Assembly: GCA_031972685.1 (NCBI GenBank)
Contig: DALYEI010000006.1
Location: 1 to 48,861 of the forward strand
Direction of reading: 5' to 3'
Length of the DNA: 48,861 nucleotides
DNA from: Minisyncoccota bacterium
GTDB taxonomy: Bacteria; Patescibacteriota; Minisyncoccia; Phycocordibacterales; UBA9973
The position numbers and the translations under genes are program-made. Under the pieces are notes generated by a model, which was given only the letters and a program-made list of their open reading frames with translations, had not been told where the DNA came from and did not search any database. Each line of letters starts with the position of its first letter. The stretch's first letter is position 1. Of this stretch, positions 18,459 through 25,179 are shown in pieces.

Positions 18459-18932
18459 ATGAAAAATCTTTTAAAATTTAGTATACATTTATTTATTTTT
18501 TTGAGCCTTGTATTAAGCCCAGCTTTTACTATAATTAAAGCAGAAAATGATAAAGCCTTCGACCTTGATGAAAGCTCCGTTTTGATTCCTTGCGGGCAAG
18601 ATAAAGCGGTAAAAGGTGATAAGGATGAAAACGGTAATCCTATACCTGAGGGGGCACCTCTTCATCCTTGCAACGCAGAGCATTTTATTTTGATGGTCAA
18701 TAGGGTAATAGAATTCGTACTTATTTATTTAGTTTTACCGATTGCAGCTATTATGTTTGCTTATGCTGGAGCTAAACTTATGTTCTCTGGAGGGGATACA
18801 GAAGCGAGATCTCAAGCGAAAGCTTTATTCTGGAATATTGTTAAAGGAGTTTTATTTATAGCGGGAGCTTGGCTTATAGTTACTACTATTTTATCAGTTT
18901 TAGGTTATACTGGTTCGACTATCTTAAAATAA
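18459..18932 (+). CDS. TrbC/VirB2-type (T4SS-pilin-like) small membrane protein, paralog 1
   Basis: 157 aa: signal-like N-terminus, a 2-Cys ectodomain, then two TM helices joined by the charged loop SGGDTEARSQAK. Confidence 0.6.
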   Translation: MKNLLKFSIHLFIFLSLVLSPAFTIIKAENDKAFDLDESSVLIPCGQDKAVKGDKDENGNPIPEGAPLHPCNAEHFILMVNRVIEFVLIYLVLPIAAIMFAYAGAKLMFSGGDTEARSQAKALFWNIVKGVLFIAGAWLIVTTILSVLGYTGSTILK

Positions 18933-18937
18933 TAATA

Positions 18938-18943
18938 TATAAT
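18938..18943 (+). promoter_or_regulatory. -10 hexamer TATAAT, 6 nt before ATG 18950
   Basis: TATAAT-ttatat-ATG. Confidence 0.5.
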
Positions 18944-18949
18944 TTATAT

Positions 18950-19360
18950 ATGAATTTAATCAATAAACTTAAAAAACAAAATTATTTAAATCGTAATTTT
19001 ATTTTAGCTTTTGTAATTGTATTTTTGTTTTTTTCTAGTCTTACAGTTTTAGCACAAGTTCCAAATACTACTAGCACCAACGTAGTTTCTTCTCAATTTT
19101 CAAAACTTAAAAACCCTATTCAATCAGATACAATTCAAAAATTCGTTCGAAATATATTAGAAGGCGTTCTTAAGGTAGGTGTTCCGCTTGTAGCTCTCGC
19201 TATTATTTATTCTGGTTTTCTTTTTGTTACAGCTCTCGGTAATCCTGGTAAAATAGAAGAAGCAAAGAAAACTTTGACCAATACTATCATAGGTGCAGCT
19301 TTATTATTAGGGGCTTGGGGTTTATCAGAATTAATAGTCGAAACAGTTAAAAAATTATAA
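18950..19360 (+). CDS. T4SS-pilin-like small membrane protein, paralog 2
   Basis: Start moved from 18869 to ATG 18950 (MNLINKLKK...), which removes the overlap with paralog 1. Signal-like TM followed by a two-TM hairpin with the loop GNPGKIEEAKK. Confidence 0.6.
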   Translation: MNLINKLKKQNYLNRNFILAFVIVFLFFSSLTVLAQVPNTTSTNVVSSQFSKLKNPIQSDTIQKFVRNILEGVLKVGVPLVALAIIYSGFLFVTALGNPGKIEEAKKTLTNTIIGAALLLGAWGLSELIVETVKKL

Positions 19361-19367
19361 TTTATTT

Positions 19368-19895
19368 ATGTTTAAAAAATTATTTTCCGTATTTTTAGTT
19401 TTAAGTATAGTTTTGCCTGCTAGTTTTTTGTTTCCAAGTTATAAAATAGCACAAGCTCAATGCGGAGTTTTAGCTCCAGGTTCTGATGAGTGGTGGGCTA
19501 GTGGTTGTAATCTTGAAGATCCTGATTTAAACGGTAATGGAGGAGGAGGTTCTGGTGGAGGATCAGGAGGAGGATCTGGATCTTCTGCGAGTGCTGTAGG
19601 TTGTAGTTTGGCTAATGATGCAAAATTACAAGATTTATTTACTTACGCGAATTGTATTATTAATCGTTCTATTATTCCTTTGCTTTTTACTTTAGCTACT
19701 TTATTCTTCCTTTGGGGAGTTGTGCAATATATGCTTGCTGATGCGAATGAGAGTAAGAGAGAGACTGGGAAGCAATATATGGTTTGGGGAATTATAGCTC
19801 TTACGGTGATGCTTTCAGTTTGGGGTTTGGTAAATCTGCTCGGTAATACCTTCGGACTTGATACTGGATTTGTACCTCAAGTATCCCCAAATTAG
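19368..19895 (+). CDS. T4SS-pilin-like small membrane protein, paralog 3 (Gly/Ser-rich linker, 4 Cys)
   Basis: 175 aa: signal peptide ending in AQA, a GGGGSGGGSGGGSGSS tract, then the core YFLWGVVQYMLADANESKRETGKQYMVWGIIAL. Confidence 0.6.
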   Translation: MFKKLFSVFLVLSIVLPASFLFPSYKIAQAQCGVLAPGSDEWWASGCNLEDPDLNGNGGGGSGGGSGGGSGSSASAVGCSLANDAKLQDLFTYANCIINRSIIPLLFTLATLFFLWGVVQYMLADANESKRETGKQYMVWGIIALTVMLSVWGLVNLLGNTFGLDTGFVPQVSPN

Positions 19896-19902
19896 TATTA
19901 AA

Positions 19903-19928
19903 AAGCTTGCATTTTTGCGGGCTTTTTA
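19903..19928 (+). terminator. Terminator inside the pilin array
   Basis: AAGCTTGCA-TTTT-TGCGGGCTT (two G-U pairs) followed by TTTTT. Confidence 0.5.
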
Positions 19929-20021
19929 TGATATAATTAATTCAGCCTATTATTTAGGAAAATGAAAGGTCGAGTAAAAACAAAATTAAAATTATAAAAT
20001 TTAACGTTAAATTTATAAAAT

Positions 20022-20450
20022 ATGAAAAAGAAATTAGTTGTTTCGTTTTTAGTTTTAGCTTCATTCTTGATGCTAGTAGGATTCGTAGCTCCAACTTTAG
20101 TTTCTGCGCAAACTGTTACTGGAGATTGTGCTAATATTCCTGGAGCAAATGAATTGCAAGTATTGATTTGTAAGATTGGTCTTTTGATCAATAGTGTTAT
20201 TCCTATAGTTATCTCTATTGGAGTACTTTACTTTATCTGGGGAGTTATTCATTACGCTATTGCACGTGATGAAGAAGCGAAAGCAGAAGGTCGTAGTGCT
20301 ATGATCAACGGTCTTATTGCCTTGTTAGTTATAGTATCTATTTGGGGTATTGTTAACTTCATGAAGAGATTCTTAGGAGTTAACTTAAACGACAATACTA
20401 TTGCAGTTCCTTGTATTCCTTCTCCTGGAATTGATTGTCCACAAAATTAA
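20022..20450 (+). CDS. T4SS-pilin-like small membrane protein, paralog 4
   Basis: 142 aa: signal peptide ending in SAQ, Cys pairs at both ends, and the core YFIWGVIHYAIARDEEAKAEGRSAMINGLIAL. Confidence 0.6.
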   Translation: MKKKLVVSFLVLASFLMLVGFVAPTLVSAQTVTGDCANIPGANELQVLICKIGLLINSVIPIVISIGVLYFIWGVIHYAIARDEEAKAEGRSAMINGLIALLVIVSIWGIVNFMKRFLGVNLNDNTIAVPCIPSPGIDCPQN

Positions 20451-20453
20451 AAT

Positions 20454-20777
20454 ATGTATTTAATTTTATTATTTATTCCTAATATCGCTTTTGCAAGCTT
20501 TGATTCATTCTTTGCGAATGTTGTTAATCAAATTGTAAATCCGCTTATTTACTTCGTTTTTGCTTTAGCTATTCTTTATTTTCTTTATGGAGTTGTAAAA
20601 TTCATAATGAATATGGATAATGAAGGAGCGAGAGATGAAGGTAAGAAGCATATGATGTGGGGAGTTATCGGAATTACTATTATGATGGGTGTTTGGGGGA
20701 TTATGAACTTGATTCTTAATACTTTAAACATCGATTATATTGATCCTGAGACTAATGATATAAATTTACCTAATTAA
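20454..20777 (+). CDS. T4SS-pilin-like small membrane protein, paralog 5
   Basis: 107 aa with the core YFLYGVVKFIMNMDNEGARDEGKKHMMWGVIGI. Confidence 0.6.
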   Translation: MYLILLFIPNIAFASFDSFFANVVNQIVNPLIYFVFALAILYFLYGVVKFIMNMDNEGARDEGKKHMMWGVIGITIMMGVWGIMNLILNTLNIDYIDPETNDINLPN

Positions 20778-20786
20778 ATATAATTT

Positions 20787-20812
20787 AAAAACCTTCGAAA
20801 GAAGGTTTTTAA
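20787..20812 (+). terminator. Terminator closing the pilin operon
   Basis: AACCTTC-GAAA-GAAGGTT followed by TTTTT. Confidence 0.75.
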
Positions 20813-20830
20813 ATTTGTAAAAATAGGAAA

Positions 20831-20862
20831 TAAAAAAAGCGAGATGCAGAGCATTCTCGCTT
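20831..20862 (-). terminator. Terminator of the convergent minus-strand operon
   Basis: AGCGAGA...TCTCGCT stem. The A7 run on the plus strand is a U-run on the minus strand. Confidence 0.6.
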
Positions 20863-20868
20863 TTGTTG

Positions 20869-21303
20869 TTATTTCAAAGAAGTAACAACGATTCTTTGCC
20901 CGAATGTAACATCGGGAGTTTGAATCATTTCTTCTTTGAATGCTTTGTTGCAATCAAGCCTTATTGGAAACGGGCTCGGCCAATTACTGCATTCAACCAA
21001 AATGGTTTTTCCGCATTGGCTAGGCCTTATTTTGAAAGGATACCGTGCCTTAAATTGGTAAGGCGTAGGGCCTTGATACAAAACGTTGGGACCATATCCA
21101 GGTATGGTTTCAATGATTTGTATTTCGGTTTGAAAAGCTTCTTTTTCTTTTTCTTTTTCTTCATGTTCTTTCCACCAAGATTTAGTAGAAAAAATTACTA
21201 TTAAAAGAATAGAAATATAAATCCCATCCTTTATGTACTCTTTTGGACTTTTTGAATGGGTGTCCGCTTTTTTGTCTGGAGTGTGACCGTGATCATCTGA
21301 CAT
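20869..21303 (-). CDS. Small membrane-anchored protein, unknown function (partner of the SPFH gene)
   Basis: 144 aa: His/Lys-rich N-terminus, one TM (GIYISILLIVIF), an EKEKEKE linker and a 3-Cys globular C-terminus. Lies 2 nt after the SPFH stop. Confidence 0.5.
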   Translation of the reverse strand: MSDDHGHTPDKKADTHSKSPKEYIKDGIYISILLIVIFSTKSWWKEHEEKEKEKEAFQTEIQIIETIPGYGPNVLYQGPTPYQFKARYPFKIRPSQCGKTILVECSNWPSPFPIRLDCNKAFKEEMIQTPDVTFGQRIVVTSLK

Positions 21304-21305
21304 TT

Positions 21306-22184
21306 TTACGGTTTTTTAGATTTGAAAAAAGTAATTATCGCTTCGTTTAGCTCTTTTGGGATCTCTATCCCAGAAATTTTAAATTCTTTTATCTCTTTAT
21401 TGAGCTTCACATGGTCACTCATAAGAGGTGCTATGGCTTTTGCTTCTTCAGGAGTATAACCTCCTTCATTTTCCAAAAGTTTAGTCAGTTCTACAAGAGC
21501 TTCTCCTCCAAACAATGAGTTTCTCATTTTTTGCGTTTGCTCGTTATAATCTATGTCTTTGACGACACTTTTTATAACTTTCACAGAAAGCTTTTCTTCT
21601 AGTTCTTCAAATCCACAAGCCTTTACAATATCGTCCGACTTTAATTTTACAGCTTCCTTGCTAGTATGCTCATTGATTTTTTCTCTGATTGTGTTTTTAA
21701 AAACACTTTCGAGTTGACCCTTGATTGCTGATTCTGTAAAAGAAGCAAAGACTATTAGTCTTTCTACTGGAGAAAAATCTTCATGTTCGAAGTTTGGTTT
21801 CGACATAATAGAAGCCTTATAAGAAACACTACCGTCTTTTGTTGGGGCTGTTTCTTCTATATTGCTTTCTATTTCAGTTTTTAAAGAAACTTCTCTTTCA
21901 ACTTCTTCCCAAGGGAGTTTAAAATAAAATCCTTCGAAAAGTGCTCTAGTGCTTTTAAACAAAGGGTCAAATATTAAAACCGCTTTATACTTATCTATAT
22001 CGATTGACCAAGAGTCAATCGTTGATCCCGCTAACATTAAAAAAAGTATTAGCGATACTTTCGGGTATGCTTCATCAAAGATAGCAAATAGCATACCATA
22101 AATTAGGAGTAAAACTATTACCCCTAAAAGAATCAGCAATGCCTCTGCTTCTTTTTCTTGTCTGATTTTTCCTATTTTTTTCAT
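21306..22184 (-). CDS. SPFH/Band-7 (stomatin/prohibitin-like) domain membrane protein
   Basis: 292 aa with N-terminal TMs. GFYFKLPWEEVEREVSLKTEI...TKDGSVSYKASI matches the SPFH pattern, and the C-terminus is coiled. Confidence 0.55.
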   Translation of the reverse strand: MKKIGKIRQEKEAEALLILLGVIVLLLIYGMLFAIFDEAYPKVSLILFLMLAGSTIDSWSIDIDKYKAVLIFDPLFKSTRALFEGFYFKLPWEEVEREVSLKTEIESNIEETAPTKDGSVSYKASIMSKPNFEHEDFSPVERLIVFASFTESAIKGQLESVFKNTIREKINEHTSKEAVKLKSDDIVKACGFEELEEKLSVKVIKSVVKDIDYNEQTQKMRNSLFGGEALVELTKLLENEGGYTPEEAKAIAPLMSDHVKLNKEIKEFKISGIEIPKELNEAIITFFKSKKP

Positions 22185-22311
22185 TTTCTTGTTTTAAAGA
22201 TTAATTAATAGTTTTAAGAAGGAGAGTATTATCCCGCTCAAGACTATTAATTAATCAATAAAAATTCTTTTTCAAAGATCAATTTACTCTCTATATTGTA
22301 TCATATAAAAG

Positions 22312-22343
22312 TAAAAAAGTCAATCTTTTGATTGACTTTTTTA
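22312..22343 (-). terminator. Bidirectional terminator after the IPT/TIG gene
   Basis: AGTCAATC-TTTT-GATTGACT flanked by A6 and T6. Confidence 0.7.
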
Positions 22344-22362
22344 CAAATTACTTTATAAAATT

Positions 22363-23223
22363 TTAAGCGTGTTTTAGGGGTTTTGCGTGATCAGCTGGAG
22401 TTAACCAAAGCTTTCTGAAAAGTAATACTGAGAAGAGGATCAGAGCGAATAATACTAACCATTCGATAACACTATTAGGCATCATACTATTATCTCCGTT
22501 AACTACTGCTGCTGCTAAATTCTTGTTTAATTTTTCAGTTGCAGTACTTACTTTACTTGCTGTACTACTTGCTACTTTAGTTGTAGTTGCTTTCGCTGTA
22601 GATTTTGTAGTAGTAGATTTAGTTGATAGAGAAGATGAACCGTTTACAGTAGAAGATCCATTTGTAGTATTAGCACCGTTAGATTTAGTACTTGCACCAG
22701 CTACTGCTCCATTTAGATTATTAACTTTACCTTTTATTACGTTTACAACTTTTTGATTTGAGAATTTACCTCCATCTACTGAAGGATTTACTACTGAAAC
22801 TTGGTATTTACCAGCGGTAGCAGTATCTTCAGGATCAAGACGGATAAGTAATTTATTTGCACTTACGAAAGTTGTAGGTCTATCTACACTATTCCAACGA
22901 GCGATAGAATCAGGTTTGAATCCAGTACCGAAGATTGTAATAGTTTTTGTACCGTCACTTGTACCTACTTCTTCAGGATTAGTTGAATAAATAGTAGGTA
23001 TAGAATTCTTGTCTAAAACGTTAGGGTTAAAGTTGTTGTTTCCGTTATTATAACCGTTATTATAATAATTTGAATTACTTCCTTCACAAGGACCATCACA
23101 GTAAATATAAGCCCCTTTTGTTGTATAAGCATTAGCTGAAGCAGGGGATAAAAGCATTGTAAATAAAGCTAAAACAGCAAATAAACCTGCACTCAATATT
23201 GATTTGTTGTTTATATTTTTCAT
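22363..23223 (-). CDS. Cell-surface protein: signal peptide, Asn-rich tract, IPT/TIG-like Ig domain, Ser/Thr-rich stalk, C-terminal TM anchor
   Basis: 286 aa. Signal ends in ASANA. ITIFGTGFKPDSIARWN...YQVSVVNP is an IPT/TIG-like pattern. The S/T-rich stretch is followed by the hydrophobic VIEWLVLFALILFSVLLF. Confidence 0.55.
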   Translation of the reverse strand: MKNINNKSILSAGLFAVLALFTMLLSPASANAYTTKGAYIYCDGPCEGSNSNYYNNGYNNGNNNFNPNVLDKNSIPTIYSTNPEEVGTSDGTKTITIFGTGFKPDSIARWNSVDRPTTFVSANKLLIRLDPEDTATAGKYQVSVVNPSVDGGKFSNQKVVNVIKGKVNNLNGAVAGASTKSNGANTTNGSSTVNGSSSLSTKSTTTKSTAKATTTKVASSTASKVSTATEKLNKNLAAAVVNGDNSMMPNSVIEWLVLFALILFSVLLFRKLWLTPADHAKPLKHA

Positions 23224-23302
23224 ACCTATAGTATAGCATATCTAAACCTATTTGTCAAGTCATATCAGTCGAGACTTACAGGTAAGTGTTATTTTTATAT
23301 GT

Positions 23303-23308
23303 TATTAT
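23303..23308 (+). promoter_or_regulatory. -10-like TATTAT, 7 nt before ATG 23316
   Basis: TATTAT-atataag-ATG. Confidence 0.4.
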
Positions 23309-23315
23309 ATATAAG

Positions 23316-24368
23316 ATGATTTGGACTAAAATTAGAATTATTTTATTGTTTTTATTATTATTTACTATTTTTATTTTTCTCGCTTTAACTAGAAATAGTA
23401 ATATCAAAAAAGTTGTTTTACCTAGTGAAGAAGATATATCTTTTCAAAATATTTCGACTTTACAAAATGATGATTTCCTTTTAAATACTAAAAAAGAATT
23501 TCAAAATATTGTTTTAGAAAAAGATCCAAAAGAAGCTATTTCTTTATTAAAAGAAAAATCAAAAATAGATTATAAAACTTTTTCTATTTGTCATGATATT
23601 TTACATGAAATAGGTCACACTGCTTATAAAAAATATAAAAATCTTGGTGAATCTTTAATTTTTTTAGATGATTTTTGTAATTCTGGTTATGGGCATGGAT
23701 TATTTGAAGAATATTTTTCTCATACAAAAAATCCCTTAGAAAATTTTTCTAATATTTGTGAGAATTCTTTCAAAAGAAAATTTGATAAATGGCAATGCTA
23801 TCACGGAATTGGGCACGGATTAATGTATTTTACTGGTGGTGATTTAGATGAATCTTTAAATTTATGTATAAATTCTTTTGCAAATAAAACTTATAAAAAT
23901 TATTGTACTAATGGTGTTTATATGGAAATTTTTAATACTCAAATTTTAGCTAAAGAAATTAATTTTATAGATAAAAATAATCCTTCTAAAATTTGTGAAG
24001 GTAGATCTATTGATAAAAATTCATGTTATTTGTATTTACCTACTTATTATAATCAAATTTTAAAAATAAAGTTTTCAGATATTTTTGATGAATGTAAAAA
24101 TGTAGATAGTAATTATGTAAATATTTGCATCTTTGGTATTAGCTCGGAAGCCTTAAAAAGAAACATGAATAATATTAATGATGTATTTACTTTATGTAAA
24201 AATTCTTTGAATTTTTTTCAAACGCAGAGTTGTGTTCGTGGAATGGTATCTATGTATGTAAACCAAAATGCTTCTATAGAAAAAGGGGAAGAGCTTTGTA
24301 ATTCTTTACCGTTTTTATATAAATTTCAATGTAAAAATTATTTAAAAGATTTAAAGTATCTTTTTTAA
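23316..24368 (+). CDS. Membrane-anchored Cys/His-rich repeat protein, unknown function
   Basis: ATG 23316 is preferred over GTG 23286. One N-terminal TM, then repeated C-x2-3-(H/G)-x-(G)-H-G units (CHDILHEIGHTAY, CNSGYGHGLFE, CYHGIGHGLMY, CTNGVYMEIF, CIFGISSEAL, CVRGMVSMYV). Confidence 0.55.
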   Translation: MIWTKIRIILLFLLLFTIFIFLALTRNSNIKKVVLPSEEDISFQNISTLQNDDFLLNTKKEFQNIVLEKDPKEAISLLKEKSKIDYKTFSICHDILHEIGHTAYKKYKNLGESLIFLDDFCNSGYGHGLFEEYFSHTKNPLENFSNICENSFKRKFDKWQCYHGIGHGLMYFTGGDLDESLNLCINSFANKTYKNYCTNGVYMEIFNTQILAKEINFIDKNNPSKICEGRSIDKNSCYLYLPTYYNQILKIKFSDIFDECKNVDSNYVNICIFGISSEALKRNMNNINDVFTLCKNSLNFFQTQSCVRGMVSMYVNQNASIEKGEELCNSLPFLYKFQCKNYLKDLKYLF

Positions 24369-24391
24369 TAAAAAATATTTTTCATTTTTAT

Positions 24392-24416
24392 AAAAGCAAA
24401 CTACTTTGCTTTTTCT
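24392..24416. terminator. Bidirectional terminator between the plus-strand CDS and the minus-strand tRNA cluster
   Basis: AGCAAA-CTAC-TTTGCT flanked by AAAA and TTTT. Confidence 0.6.
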
Positions 24417-24435
24417 TGTGGGTAATAGGGACTCG
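24417..24435 (-). pseudogene. Degenerate copy of the 3' end of tRNA-Leu(TAG)
   Basis: TGTGGGTAA-TA-GGGACTCG here versus TGTGGGTAA-GGA-GGGACTCG at 24563-24582. Confidence 0.5.
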
Positions 24436-24564
24436 GTCATATATAAATTTCTGCTGAAATTTTATCCGACCCTGACTCGAGCCGTCGCTCTCCGTCTTTC
24501 TCGTCCTTTCTTGCCAGTAAAACTAAAATCCCCAATATAAAATATTGAGGATTAAAGTTTTATG

Positions 24565-24646
24565 TGGGTAAGGAGGGACTCGAACCCTCAAGCCTTGCGG
24601 CATTAGTTCCTAAGACTAACGCGTATACCAATTCCGCCACTTACCC
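24565..24646 (-). tRNA. tRNA-Leu (anticodon TAG), long variable arm, no encoded CCA
   Basis: Reverse complement folds as a cloverleaf: acceptor GGGTAAG/CTTACCC, anticodon loop CTTAGGA, T-arm GAGGG-TTCGAGT-CCCTC. Confidence 0.9.
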
Positions 24647-24651
24647 GTTTT

Positions 24652-24732
24652 TGTGTTAATTTTTGAAACTTGGTTAAATTGCTTGATTAGTACAAAAGAC
24701 TAACTTGTATACTAATTTATAGCCACTTACCC
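24652..24732 (-). pseudogene. AT-decayed full-length copy of tRNA-Leu(TAG)
   Basis: Aligns collinearly with the intact gene (GATTAGT...AAGACTAAC..GTATAC.AATT...GCCACTTACCCGT), but the stems are destroyed. Confidence 0.5.
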
Positions 24733-24737
24733 GTATC

Positions 24738-24756
24738 TGCGTCCTTTTGGAATCGG
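24738..24756 (-). pseudogene. Degenerate copy of the 3' end of tRNA-Lys(CTT)
   Basis: TGCGTCCTTTTGGAATCGG here versus TGCGTCCTGAAGGGATCGA at 24857-24875. Confidence 0.4.
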
Positions 24757-24856
24757 CTATTACATAGCCAGGTGAGTTTTAGGTTTTATAAATAAAACAT
24801 TAAAACTCCTTTCGACCCCTTCACGCAAGCAAAGTCATTTGCTTGCTAGTCCGCTG

Positions 24857-24929
24857 TGCGTCCTGAAGGGATCGAACCTTCGACCTTATCCTTAAGAGGG
24901 ATCTGCTCTACCAGCTGAGCTAAGGACGC
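24857..24929 (-). tRNA. tRNA-Lys (anticodon CTT), no encoded CCA
   Basis: Cloverleaf with acceptor GCGTCCT/AGGACGC, D-arm GCTC-AGCTGGTA-GAGC, anticodon loop CTCTTAA and T-arm GAAGG-TTCGATC-CCTTC. Confidence 0.88.
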
Positions 24930-24978
24930 ATGTAACTTTATTTTAAAACTATTTATATCTTTTAACTTATCTAACGAT

Positions 24979-25001
24979 TTACCAAAACAACTAAGGACTC
25001 A
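24979..25001 (-). pseudogene. Degenerate copy of the 5' part of tRNA-Lys(CTT)
   Basis: TTACCAAAACAACTAAGGACTCA here versus CTACCAGCTGAGCTAAGGACGCA in the intact gene. Confidence 0.35.
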
Positions 25002-25024
25002 TATATAAATATTTTTAAAAACTG

Positions 25025-25106
25025 TGCCTGAGGTGGGGGTCGAACCCACATCCCTTGCGAGACACGATTTTAAGTCGTGCGCGTATACCAATTCCGCCAC
25101 TCAGGC
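25025..25106 (-). tRNA. tRNA-Leu (anticodon TAA), long variable arm, no encoded CCA
   Basis: Acceptor GCCTGAG/CTCAGGC, anticodon stem-loop CACGA-CTTAAAA-TCGTG, T-arm GTGGG-TTCGACC-CCCAC. Confidence 0.9.
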
Positions 25107-25179
25107 AATTAATTTAAACTACAAATATTATTCTAACTATTTTTTTTAAAAAATACAATACCTTTTAGTATTTGTATTG

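Noticed and set aside
18869-18949. Upstream extension of pilin paralog 2 (MAYSYYYFISFRLYWFDYLKIIIYNLY...)
   Set aside because: It would overlap paralog 1 by 64 nt in another frame. ATG 18950 gives a normal basic/hydrophobic N-terminus and is preceded by TATAAT at the same 6-nt spacing seen elsewhere.
19535-19585. Cluster of GGAGG/GGAGGA motifs that could be taken as Shine-Dalgarno sites
   Set aside because: They lie in-frame inside paralog 3 and encode the Gly/Ser linker (GGGGSGGGSGGGSGS). No start codon follows at SD distance, and the 16S tail has no complementary CCUCC.
20863-21204. 113-aa plus-strand ORF overlapping the 144-aa minus-strand gene
   Set aside because: The translation contains an F8 run and has no domain-like features. 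The minus-strand frame has a TM helix, lies 2 nt from the upstream SPFH gene and has a properly oriented terminator.
24436-24564. tmRNA, SRP (4.5S) RNA or a tRNA intron as the identity of the segment after tRNA-Leu(TAG)
   Set aside because: There is no tRNA-like acceptor pairing between the ends and no tag reading frame, and it is far too short for tmRNA. The long 5'/3' rod pairing of 4.5S RNA is absent despite a GUCAGG...CAGCAG resemblance. The adjacent tRNA-Leu is complete without it. It is kept only as an unassigned candidate RNA or integration scar.
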